NCBI GenBank assembly: GCA_964634005.1
Contig: CAZWKQ010000005.1
Location: forward strand, 40,655 to 104,654
Direction: 5' to 3'
DNA from: an uncultured Bacteroides sp.
GTDB taxonomy: Bacteria > Bacteroidota > Bacteroidia > Bacteroidales > JACABE01
DNA length: 64,000 nucleotides
Positions within the stretch are counted from its first letter, which is position 1, and every line of letters begins with the position of its first letter. Made by a program: the position numbers and the translations under genes. This document shows positions 9,494 to 18,477 of this stretch, piece by piece. The notes under the pieces were generated by a model. The model made no database searches. It had not been told where the DNA came from and saw only the letters and a program-made list of their open reading frames with translations.

Positions 9494-9652
9494 TTCAGCT
9501 TTTACCCAAAAAGCCGATTTATAGCGATTTGAAATTGTTCTTTGAACACTTGAATACTTCTTTCAAAGTATAAACCTTTTTTTCTCCAATTTCTTCGGGC
9601 ATTTTTTAGGTAAAGTTAATAAAGTTTATGTTGAATTATAATTTTTCTGTAC

Positions 9653-9660
9653 TAATTTTG
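9653..9660 (+). promoter_or_regulatory. Bacteroidota-type -7 promoter box (TAnnTTTG).
   Basis: TAATTTTG lies 13 nt upstream of the ATG at 9674. Confidence 0.4.
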
Positions 9661-9673
9661 TAAAAAAAATAAA

Positions 9674-10465
9674 ATGAATCTTCAGAATTTATGTTTTGAC
9701 GTAATAGAAATCTGCAAAGACGTAAGAGAATTTATACTAAATGAACGTAGGAATTTTACTCAAGATAATGTAGAAACTAAGGGAAGGCACGATTTTGTTA
9801 GCTATGTAGATAAACAAGCCGAAATGAAACTTGTATCGGCTTTAAGCAAGATTTTACCCGATTCAGGCTTTATAGTCGAAGAAAATACTACTTCAAAAAA
9901 AAGCGAAAAATGGACTTGGATAATCGATCCATTGGACGGAACAACAAATTTTATTCACGGGGTACCCCTTTACTCTATTAGTATTGCTCTTCAAGAAAAA
10001 AACAAAATTGTTTTAGGAATTGTTTATGAGCTAAACCTTGATGAATGCTTTTATGCATGGGAAAACGGCAAAGCTTTTCTAAACGGTAAAGAAATTAGTG
10101 TTTCTGATACTAAAACTATAAATGACAGCTTAATTGCCACAGGTTTTCCATATTACGATTACTCACGACTTGATGAATATAACGAAATATTTCTTTATCT
10201 TCTCAAAAACTCAAGAGGAATAAGAAGATTAGGTTCAGCAGCCGTTGATCTTGCTTATGTGGCATGCGGCAGATTTGATGTATTCTACGAGTACGGTCTT
10301 AGACCATGGGATGTAGCTGCAGGAGCATTTATAGTCCAACAAGCTGGTGGAGCCAATTTTGATTTTACTGGTAACAATAATTTTATTTACGGTAAAGAAA
10401 TTATTAGTACAAATAGTTCCTTATCTGAAGAATTTTTAAATATTTGTAAAATTTATTTCAAATAA
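9674..10465 (+). CDS. Inositol monophosphatase family protein (SuhB/IMPase-like).
   Basis: The WIIDPLDGTTNFIHG motif and the GSAAVDLAYVACGRFD C-terminal motif are present. Confidence 0.85.
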   Translation: MNLQNLCFDVIEICKDVREFILNERRNFTQDNVETKGRHDFVSYVDKQAEMKLVSALSKILPDSGFIVEENTTSKKSEKWTWIIDPLDGTTNFIHGVPLYSISIALQEKNKIVLGIVYELNLDECFYAWENGKAFLNGKEISVSDTKTINDSLIATGFPYYDYSRLDEYNEIFLYLLKNSRGIRRLGSAAVDLAYVACGRFDVFYEYGLRPWDVAAGAFIVQQAGGANFDFTGNNNFIYGKEIISTNSSLSEEFLNICKIYFK

Positions 10466-10466
10466 A

Positions 10467-11828
10467 ATGAAGAACATAATTTTTATAATCCTTAATTTTT
10501 TAATAATACACTCTTTCGCTAACGACACTCTATTACTTAAAAATCAAAATATTGATAAAAAAGTAATATATACATTTGATATAAAGGAAGAAATAGCACC
10601 TCCTGTTGTAAGAAAAACTGAAAAAGCGTTAAAAGAAGCAGAGAAAATCAAAGCCGATGTGATAATTATACAGATGAATACCTTTGGAGGAATGTTGGAT
10701 GCTGCAGATAAAATACGAACTTTATTGCTTGAATCAAAAATTCCTGTTTACGTATTGATTGATAATAATGCAGCTTCAGCAGGTGCATTAATTTCAATAG
10801 CCTGCGACAGCATTTATATGAGAAAAGGTGCAAGCATTGGAGCTGCTACAGTTGTTAATCAAACTGGCGAAGTATTACCCGATAAATATCAATCTTATAT
10901 GCGTTCGATGATGCGTTCTACTGCAGAAACAAATGGACGTAACCCGGAAATTGCCGAAGCTATGGTCGATCCATCCGTTTATATTGAGGGGATAATAGAT
11001 TCGGGGAAAGTATTGACATTTACGACTTCCGAAGCCATAAAAAACGGATACTGTGAAGGAACTGCAGAGAATATTTCTGAAGTGCTTAAACTTGCCAATA
11101 TTCAAAACTACGAAATAAAAGAACAAAAACTAACTCCTATTGATAAATTTATCGGTTTCCTTATTAACCCTATTGTGAGCGGGATATTGATAATGATTAT
11201 CATTGGTGGTATTTACTTTGAACTGCAAACGCCCGGCGTCGGCTTCCCTTTAGCAGCTTCAATAACAGCAGCCATACTATATTTTGCCCCATTATATCTC
11301 GAAGGCTTAGCATCAAACTGGGAAATTCTCGTATTTATTATTGGTATTATTTTATTGGCTGTCGAAATATTTGTCATTCCCGGCTTTGGTGTTACGGGAA
11401 TTTTAGGAATTACCCTAATAATATCAGGACTTACATTAAGTTTAATTGATAACATTGGTTTCGATTTCAAGGGTGTTCCCATGAATGGAATTATAAAATC
11501 ACTACTTACTGTTGTAATATCAATATTTTTAGGTTTTATTGCTTCGTTTTATTTAGGGAGGAAAGCGCTTACATCAAAATTTCTGGGACATCTTGCATTA
11601 CAAACTGTTCAGAATAAAGAAGAAGGATATTCCAGTGCATTTAACGACATTAATTCTATGATTGGTAAACAGGGCAAAGCTTATACTATTCTAAGACCGT
11701 CGGGAAAAATTATAATTGACAATGAAATTTACGATGCAACTGCAATTTCCGGTTTTATCGAAAAAGACGAAAAAATTGAAGTAATTAAATACGAAACATC
11801 ATCATTAATCGTTAAAAAATTAAATTAA
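10467..11828 (+). CDS. NfeD-family membrane-bound ClpP-class serine protease.
   Basis: The N-terminal ClpP-like domain is IIIQMNTFGGMLDAADKI...NNAASAGALISIACD. A multi-TM middle region and a C-terminal NfeD OB-like tail follow. Confidence 0.8.
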   Translation: MKNIIFIILNFLIIHSFANDTLLLKNQNIDKKVIYTFDIKEEIAPPVVRKTEKALKEAEKIKADVIIIQMNTFGGMLDAADKIRTLLLESKIPVYVLIDNNAASAGALISIACDSIYMRKGASIGAATVVNQTGEVLPDKYQSYMRSMMRSTAETNGRNPEIAEAMVDPSVYIEGIIDSGKVLTFTTSEAIKNGYCEGTAENISEVLKLANIQNYEIKEQKLTPIDKFIGFLINPIVSGILIMIIIGGIYFELQTPGVGFPLAASITAAILYFAPLYLEGLASNWEILVFIIGIILLAVEIFVIPGFGVTGILGITLIISGLTLSLIDNIGFDFKGVPMNGIIKSLLTVVISIFLGFIASFYLGRKALTSKFLGHLALQTVQNKEEGYSSAFNDINSMIGKQGKAYTILRPSGKIIIDNEIYDATAISGFIEKDEKIEVIKYETSSLIVKKLN

Positions 11829-11877
11829 ATCTACTAACTTTATTGATTTTTAATTGTTTATTAAAAAAATTATAAAA

Positions 11878-12384
11878 ATGGAAAGAATAGAAATTGTACA
11901 AGAAGATATAACTAAAATGGAAGTAGATGCAATTGTTAATGCAGCTAATACTTCACTTTTAGGGGGCGGTGGTGTCGATGGAGCAATCCATGAAGCAGCA
12001 GGTAAGGAACTTCTTGATGAATGCAGAAAGTTAGGAGGTTGCAATACAGGAGATGCTAAAATCACAAAAGGTTATAACCTTAAAGCAAAATTTGTAATTC
12101 ATACAGTTGGGCCAATATGGAACGGAGGTAATAATAATGAAGAAGAATTGCTTGCATCCTGTTATAGAAGAAGCCTTGAAACAGCTGTTGAAAATAAATG
12201 TAAAACAATAGCATTTCCAAATATCAGCACGGGAATTTACCATTTCCCGAAAGATTTAGCAGCTAAAATTGCTATTAATGAAACAATAAAATTTTTGTCT
12301 AATGACAATTTTATCGAGAAAGTATATTTTGTTTGTTATAGCAAAGAAAATTACAAACTATATAAATCAATTTTGAATAATTAG
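11878..12384 (+). CDS. Macro domain protein (O-acetyl-ADP-ribose deacetylase, YmdB-like).
   Basis: [43 protein letters not shown] preferred the ATG at 11878 because it aligns with macro-domain N-termini. The ORF track starts at 11854. Confidence 0.8.
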   Translation: MERIEIVQEDITKMEVDAIVNAANTSLLGGGGVDGAIHEAAGKELLDECRKLGGCNTGDAKITKGYNLKAKFVIHTVGPIWNGGNNNEEELLASCYRRSLETAVENKCKTIAFPNISTGIYHFPKDLAAKIAINETIKFLSNDNFIEKVYFVCYSKENYKLYKSILNN

Positions 12385-12454
12385 TTTATTATTGATTTTT
12401 ATAGAAAGAAACAAAATAAAAATATTTTCCTTTTAAATATATATCATTATTTTC

Positions 12455-12462
12455 TACTTTTG
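12455..12462 (+). promoter_or_regulatory. -7 promoter box (TAnnTTTG).
   Basis: TACTTTTG lies 14 nt upstream of the ATG at 12477. Confidence 0.4.
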
Positions 12463-12476
12463 CCAAAAATTAATAG

Positions 12477-13817
12477 ATGGCTGATTTAACTGAAGGAAAA
12501 GAAAGCAGTTTGATACTAAAGTTTGCACTCCCAATGTTGATGGGAAATGTTTTCCAACAGTTATATACAATAATTAATAGTGTAATAGTAGGCAACTATC
12601 TGGGTAAAACTGCATTAGCAGCAGTTGGAGCTTCCTTCCCTATTATCTTTATGCTAATCTCAATGCTTATAGGGGTCGCAACAGGTTCTACTATTGTTAT
12701 AGCACAGTACTTTGGAGCAAAAGACACCGAAAAAGTCCGCAGTGCAATCGAAACAATGTATATATATCTTTTCTGGGCATCTATTATTATTAGCATTATC
12801 GGGATAATTTTTAGTGAAGCTATATTTCGTTTAACAGGACTTCCTGAAGAAGTAATTCCTGAAGCTAAAACTTACTTCAATATCTATATTGCAGGGATAA
12901 TATTTGCATTTGGGTTTAATGGAACCAGTGCCGCATTAAGAGGACTTGGCGATTCAAAAACACCTCTTTACTACCTTATTGCCTCCAATATTGCAAATAT
13001 TATTCTTGATTTACTGTTTATTTTAGTTCTTAAAATGGGTGTAGAGGGTGCCGCGTTGGGTTCAATAATATCGCAAGGTGGTGCATTTCTTTTTATGATT
13101 TTTCATTTAAATCGTAAAGATAGCCTAGTTAAACTACAGGCTTTTAAACTGAAATTCAATAAAGAAATTTTCTTCAAAAGTATTAAAATTGGCGTTCCAA
13201 CCGGTTTTCAACAAACATTCGTAGCATTGGGAATGGTTGCATTATACGGAATTGTAAACCGTTTCGGAACAGATGTAATTGCCGCCTATAGCGTTGCTTC
13301 ACGTATAGATTCTTTTGCATCACTGCCGGCAATGAATTTTGGAGCAGCCCTTTCTGCTTTTGTTGGGCAAAACTTAGGTGCAAATAAGCTAAATAGGGTT
13401 AAAAACGGGTTTAAAGCTACTTTGTTAATGACTACAATAATTTCTGTATCTGTTAGCCTTATTACCGTTATTTTCGGTAAACATATCATGATGCTTTTCA
13501 CTAAAGATATAAATGTAATAAATATCGGATATGAATATTTAGTTATCGTTAGCTCTTTTTATGTGGTCTTTTCCACTATGTTTATTGTTGGAGGAGTTAT
13601 GCGTGGTGCAGGCGATACTCTTATTCCAATGTTTATTACCCTTTTTGCACTTTGGATTGTAAGAATACCATTAGCATATATTTTAGCCCCAAAAATAGGT
13701 GAAATTGGAATTTGGTGGGCAATTCCAATAGGTTGGTTTTTCGGCATGAGTTTATCTTATCTTTATTACTTAACCGGAAGATGGAAAACTAAAACCGTAA
13801 TTAAGTTTTCTGAATAA
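12477..13817 (+). CDS. MATE family efflux transporter.
   Basis: 446 aa with a 12-TM profile. The N-terminus ILKFALPMLMGNVFQQLYTIINSVIVGNYLG is typical of the MatE family. Confidence 0.85.
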   Translation: MADLTEGKESSLILKFALPMLMGNVFQQLYTIINSVIVGNYLGKTALAAVGASFPIIFMLISMLIGVATGSTIVIAQYFGAKDTEKVRSAIETMYIYLFWASIIISIIGIIFSEAIFRLTGLPEEVIPEAKTYFNIYIAGIIFAFGFNGTSAALRGLGDSKTPLYYLIASNIANIILDLLFILVLKMGVEGAALGSIISQGGAFLFMIFHLNRKDSLVKLQAFKLKFNKEIFFKSIKIGVPTGFQQTFVALGMVALYGIVNRFGTDVIAAYSVASRIDSFASLPAMNFGAALSAFVGQNLGANKLNRVKNGFKATLLMTTIISVSVSLITVIFGKHIMMLFTKDINVINIGYEYLVIVSSFYVVFSTMFIVGGVMRGAGDTLIPMFITLFALWIVRIPLAYILAPKIGEIGIWWAIPIGWFFGMSLSYLYYLTGRWKTKTVIKFSE

Positions 13818-13827
13818 ATCACTCTTT

Positions 13828-15444
13828 TTAAACTGATATTTTTTTCAGATTTTCAATCACTCTTATATACTCTTCACTTTTATCCAGATTGCTTTTTAAA
13901 GCATTTTCTATTGTTATAATCTCTTTTTTGATATTTATTAGAGTCTCATCTTTTAAATTATCTATGGTTTTATTAATTATTTCAGTATAGTCAGAAGTTA
14001 TTCTGTGAATGTTCTTATCAACTTCATCGGGTATTTGCTTTAAAAAATATTTTTTGAAAAGCTTTTTGAAAATTATCATAGGAAATATAAACCATAGAAG
14101 ATCCAAATGATTATCAAATGCCCTATAAATTGAAATATCAGGTCTTTTTATCCTTTTAAACTCAATATTCCATTCATTAGAAGATATGCTTATACCTAAA
14201 GTGGTTTTGATATTGTTACTTAATCGTTCTCTAAATGACCTTGAAAAAAAATTAAAATGTTTGTTAATATCTTCAAGAACACTTTCGATCTTATTGCTTT
14301 CAATATCAGCTATCAATGAAATTTTTTCAGATAAAGTATATTTTAACCAAAATTCATATTTTCTTGTCAATTTGTAAAGATTGCCATTCCAGCTATCATA
14401 AACTGTAATGAACTGATTTGAAACTTCCTCAATAATTTCATTTTTATGAGCATTTAAGATATTATAAATTTTATCTCTCATATTATTCTTTATATCTGTC
14501 GAGAATAATACGATTTCATGGTTAATAAATGTAAAATTTGTTTTCTCATCAAATATCTTTGACGCAATTATTTTTTTTTCTTCTTCGGTTTTCTGTGCAG
14601 ATTTTAATGAAATTTCAAAAAAAGCGTTACAATATCTTACTAATAGATTTAATTTATTTTTTATAATCAACTGATACTCTGATTCAAATTTTTGAATTAA
14701 TTTATCAAGCACTTCAACTTCGAAGATGTTTTTGTATCTATCAGTTTCTTTTATAGTTGAATAATTATAAACTTCAATTTCAATATTAAATTTGCGTTTC
14801 AAAGTAGATTTAACAAAATCGTTAATTTCTGAGATTTCCTTTAAATTAAACAAATCAACTTTTGTAATCAAACAAATAACCTTATAAGAATTTGCTATTA
14901 GTTCTTCAAAAAGCGTTATATCAGTCTCCGAAAGTGGCCGTTCGGCACTCACGCATACTATGGCAATGTTTGTTTCAATAAAAGTGCTTTCTGTTGTTTC
15001 GTTATTATTTTTATGAACACTTCCTAATCCCGGAGTATCGGTAAAACATAAGCCTTTGAATTTTGCTGTTTCAGGGAGTTCAATTAACGCTATATCAACA
15101 TTTTTTGAATTGCCGGGATTTTTGTTTTCGGTTATATATTCTTCTAATTCATTTTCGGAAATTTCTTTTTTTCTTTTATCATTAAAATATATTGTTATTC
15201 TTTGATTTTCGCCGTAAATTATTTTAGTAATTATGGATGTTGCAGGTAAAACCGAAGTAGGCAAAATTTTTTTATTAACTAAACTGTTAATAAATGAGCT
15301 TTTACCGGCTTTAAATTGTCCAAATACAGCAATATCGATATATTTGTTCTTTGATGATAGTTCTATTGAATTTATAAGCTTTTCAACAGAGTTGATTTCA
15401 TATTCTTCACAAATTGATTTTAGTTCATTTAGTATTTTTTCCAT
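13828..15444 (-). CDS. Dynamin-family (bacterial dynamin-like) GTPase.
   Basis: Motifs seen are the P-loop FGQFKAGKSSFINSL, G2-region LPATS, G3 DTPGLGS and G4 TKVD. A long helical C-terminal half follows. Confidence 0.75.
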   Translation of the reverse strand: MEKILNELKSICEEYEINSVEKLINSIELSSKNKYIDIAVFGQFKAGKSSFINSLVNKKILPTSVLPATSIITKIIYGENQRITIYFNDKRKKEISENELEEYITENKNPGNSKNVDIALIELPETAKFKGLCFTDTPGLGSVHKNNNETTESTFIETNIAIVCVSAERPLSETDITLFEELIANSYKVICLITKVDLFNLKEISEINDFVKSTLKRKFNIEIEVYNYSTIKETDRYKNIFEVEVLDKLIQKFESEYQLIIKNKLNLLVRYCNAFFEISLKSAQKTEEEKKIIASKIFDEKTNFTFINHEIVLFSTDIKNNMRDKIYNILNAHKNEIIEEVSNQFITVYDSWNGNLYKLTRKYEFWLKYTLSEKISLIADIESNKIESVLEDINKHFNFFSRSFRERLSNNIKTTLGISISSNEWNIEFKRIKRPDISIYRAFDNHLDLLWFIFPMIIFKKLFKKYFLKQIPDEVDKNIHRITSDYTEIINKTIDNLKDETLINIKKEIITIENALKSNLDKSEEYIRVIENLKKISV

Positions 15445-15847
15445 AACTTAATAATTCAACTAAATTAAGCAAATTAACAATATCATTATCATATTCGTCT
15501 ATAAAATCTACCTCTAATTTTCCATAGCCCTTCATTCTTTCTGATTTGGAATCCATCAACATTTCCCAAATTTTACTTTTCTTAGAATTAATAAATTGAT
15601 AAAAAGAAATTTTTACCGGCGATAAATTATATTTCTGTTTTAATAAAAGAATTTCTTTTTTGATTTGATTTAAAACTTTTATAATCTCTTCAATTTCAGC
15701 TTTATCTAAATCTTTTTCGATTTGAAACAAATATCTGTCTTTTTCCTGTGTAAGTTCATTATAAATATCTTCAACATAATCCTCAATTAAAAATAATACA
15801 GAAGTAAGTGACCTTTTATAATTTTCAGGGAGTTCTTTATAATTCAT
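15425..15847 (-). CDS. Hypothetical small helical/coiled-coil protein, translationally coupled to the dynamin-like GTPase.
   Basis: 140-aa ORF rich in E/K/L. Its 3' end overlaps the GTPase start by 20 nt. I recognise no family motif. Confidence 0.55.
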   Translation of the reverse strand: MNYKELPENYKRSLTSVLFLIEDYVEDIYNELTQEKDRYLFQIEKDLDKAEIEEIIKVLNQIKKEILLLKQKYNLSPVKISFYQFINSKKSKIWEMLMDSKSERMKGYGKLEVDFIDEYDNDIVNLLNLVELLSYGKNTK

Positions 15848-15851
15848 TTTT

Positions 15852-16325
15852 TTAATTTCTGAGAGTAGCTTTTATTCGTAATGGATTATTAATTAATTCA
15901 AGAGCATCAATTATACTAAAACAAACTATATCGGCAGAATTTATTGCATTTACGGAGGCTCCTTCTTTTTGTATAACAGAAATGCCTATTATCGAATTTT
16001 TCAACATCAAACTATCATTAAATCCGTTGCCTATGCATATAGTTTTGCTCGAATTTATAGAGTTCAGGAAATTTAATTTAGCCTCCGATTGATTTGTTGA
16101 TTCTAATATTTTTAAATTACAAGGTATATTTTTTAATTGGGCTTTAACTAAACCGAAAGTATCTGCAGTAATGATATAAATGTTTAATTTTTTAGATATT
16201 TCAATTAACATTTCTTCTACTTTCGGTATTAGTACCCCATCAATAGCAAGAGTACCATTATAATCAAGCATCAGATTTTCAATTTCTATAGGCTTTTTAT
16301 ATTGTGGCAAGTCAATTGTAATCAT
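15852..16325 (-). CDS. HAD-superfamily protein resembling soluble P-type-ATPase domains (COG4087-like).
   Basis: LDYNGTLA (a DxxGT-type motif I, compare DKTGT) and GNGFNDSLML (compare GDGxND). I chose the start at 16325 (MITIDL...) to avoid overlapping the CYTH gene. The ORF track extends to 16445. Confidence 0.7.
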   Translation of the reverse strand: MITIDLPQYKKPIEIENLMLDYNGTLAIDGVLIPKVEEMLIEISKKLNIYIITADTFGLVKAQLKNIPCNLKILESTNQSEAKLNFLNSINSSKTICIGNGFNDSLMLKNSIIGISVIQKEGASVNAINSADIVCFSIIDALELINNPLRIKATLRN

Positions 16326-16341
16326 ATAATAAATATTAAGA

Positions 16342-16806
16342 CTATTCCCAGTAAATATACGGATTTTGCGCAAGATAAGAATTATAGTATCTCGAATCAT
16401 ACGAAACTTCTTTTTCCACCCAGTCAGGGATTTCAATTTTTTCATTTTCAGAATTAAGTTCTATTTCGGCAATAATCAATCCGGCGTTTTCTCCAAGAAA
16501 TTCATCTATTTCCCATTTTTTCCCCGAGTATTCAACAAAGTATCTGTTTTTTTCTATTTGAACTTCAGTAAATTTTTCGATTAATTCTTTTGCAATTTTA
16601 TTATCAATAACAAATTCATATTCTTCGCGAGATAATTTTTGTGTTTTTCCTTTTATGGTTAAATAGCCTTTTTCTCCCATTATTCTTGCTCTGACTGACA
16701 TTTTATCATTAACAAACAAATAACCTTGCAATATATACTGACAACTCTCTTTGGTCAATAACTTCCATTTTTGCTTATTAACCAAAAATTTTCTTTCAAT
16801 TTCCAT
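16342..16806 (-). CDS. CYTH-domain (triphosphate tunnel metalloenzyme) protein.
   Basis: The N-terminus MEIERKFLV carries the ExExK signature. Size is 154 aa, with the C-terminal motifs EIDEF...AEIEL. Confidence 0.8.
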   Translation of the reverse strand: MEIERKFLVNKQKWKLLTKESCQYILQGYLFVNDKMSVRARIMGEKGYLTIKGKTQKLSREEYEFVIDNKIAKELIEKFTEVQIEKNRYFVEYSGKKWEIDEFLGENAGLIIAEIELNSENEKIEIPDWVEKEVSYDSRYYNSYLAQNPYIYWE

Positions 16807-16807
16807 A

Positions 16808-17233
16808 TTATTTTCTAATAATCAATACATTACATTTAGCGTTTTCACTTACTTTATCGGCAACTTGACCCAAACTATTACCCCATAAATTTGAATGACC
16901 TCTACAGCCAATTACCAACAAATCAATGTGGTTATTTTGGGCAAATTCAACAATAAGTTTTGCAGGATTGCCTTGTAAATATACAAAATCTATTTCAATA
17001 TTTTCTTGTTTGGAAATGTTTTGCAGTTCTTTATTTATTTTTGCGGCGTAAATTAAAATCGATTTATTCTCTTCTTCAATTTCTGCAACAGTTTCATGAT
17101 AATAAGACCTATATCCGCCAATCCAAATGGCAGTCAATTTTGAATTAAATGCTTTTGTTATACTTATTGCATGATTTAAAGCATTTTTTGAACCTGCTGA
17201 ACCATCATAAGCTATTAAAATATTGTTGTACAT
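16808..17233 (-). CDS. Universal stress protein (UspA family).
   Basis: ILIAYDGS..S..AL..A ... DLLVIGCRGHS ... GSV..KV pattern. It is preceded by AAAGGAGGTTATT-ATG. Confidence 0.85.
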   Translation of the reverse strand: MYNNILIAYDGSAGSKNALNHAISITKAFNSKLTAIWIGGYRSYYHETVAEIEEENKSILIYAAKINKELQNISKQENIEIDFVYLQGNPAKLIVEFAQNNHIDLLVIGCRGHSNLWGNSLGQVADKVSENAKCNVLIIRK

Positions 17234-17250
17234 AATAACCTCCTTTGATA

Positions 17251-18441
17251 TTATTTATTTTTACTTTTTTTAATTCTTCTTAATCTCCCCCATGCAAGCA
17301 TTGTTAATAATGACGGTTGATAAAACTTTTGAGCAATTAGAGTAGGTACAATAGCACTCAAAATTACCACAGTTACAAGTATTGTATATTGTTCCTGATT
17401 TATTATGTTATTATTAAGTCCAAAAAGAGCCGAAATAGTTCCAAATGTAAGACCTGTAGCCATAAGTAATGTAGTGTACTTTGCTTCTCTTTTTCTCATT
17501 TTCTGCATTCTTGCCAAAGGATATACTCCAATAATTTTTGTAATTATTTTAACAATTAATAAAATCAGTATTATTCCCGATGAAATGACAATGATTTTTA
17601 ATGAAACATACAAACCTGCTTTTAAAAAATAAAAAGGAGTGAAAATACTAAAAGCAATTGTTCGCATTCTATTGACTAAAGTTTTGTCGGTAACAAACAC
17701 ACCTGCCACAACCAATCCAATAAGGTAAGCAGGTAAAACAGCCTCGCTCTTGGCAGTTGTAGCCAAACCACCCATTAAAAACAGTATAAGTAAAATAAAT
17801 TTAACTTCCGGTTGACTGACTCTTGACGTACCTAATTGACCTATTATAAATTTTGTCCATTTAGGCATAAACCAAAGAACTATGGTCAAAAGAACAATAA
17901 AAATTAACATCCAGATATTAAAATCGGCAAACAACACTCCTAAAGCCAAAACTGTACCGAAATCAGTAATAAAGCATGCAGCTAAGATCATTTTACCCAA
18001 GTTTGTATCACTTAATCCTCCTTCAATCATAACTGCGTAAACAACAGCTACAGAAGTCGTTGATAGAGCGATACCTGCAATTTGAGCTTGGCGTAAGTCC
18101 CATCCTAAAACATATTGAGTAAATAACCAAACACTTATAAATGGGACTAAAAATGACAAAACGCCTATTAAAGTACTCGATAAAAGATTTTCTTTCAAAG
18201 ACTTAGGATCAATTTCAGCACCTGCAAGAAAAGTCAATACCCCACTGCCCAACATAGCTAAAAAATCTATCCACTGTGTAGTTTGGTGGATCCCTAAAAA
18301 ATTCCCGGCAATAACTCCTACAAGTATTTCAATTAATGCAACAGATATTCCTAATCTAATCGAAATTAAACTTGCGATAAAAGCCAGCCCCATCCATATA
18401 GCGGCGACCAGCCAGATATTTTGTAACAAACCATCGAACAT
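17251..18441 (-). CDS. Cation:proton antiporter (CPA2/Kef-type sodium/hydrogen exchanger family).
   Basis: 396 aa with about 11-12 TM segments. The pattern is typical of Na_H_Exchanger proteins (GLAFIASLISIRLGISVALIEILVGVIAGNFLG). Confidence 0.8.
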   Translation of the reverse strand: MFDGLLQNIWLVAAIWMGLAFIASLISIRLGISVALIEILVGVIAGNFLGIHQTTQWIDFLAMLGSGVLTFLAGAEIDPKSLKENLLSSTLIGVLSFLVPFISVWLFTQYVLGWDLRQAQIAGIALSTTSVAVVYAVMIEGGLSDTNLGKMILAACFITDFGTVLALGVLFADFNIWMLIFIVLLTIVLWFMPKWTKFIIGQLGTSRVSQPEVKFILLILFLMGGLATTAKSEAVLPAYLIGLVVAGVFVTDKTLVNRMRTIAFSIFTPFYFLKAGLYVSLKIIVISSGIILILLIVKIITKIIGVYPLARMQKMRKREAKYTTLLMATGLTFGTISALFGLNNNIINQEQYTILVTVVILSAIVPTLIAQKFYQPSLLTMLAWGRLRRIKKSKNK

Positions 18442-18477
18442 AATAACTCCTTTCTCATTTTAATTAATTAGAGATTA

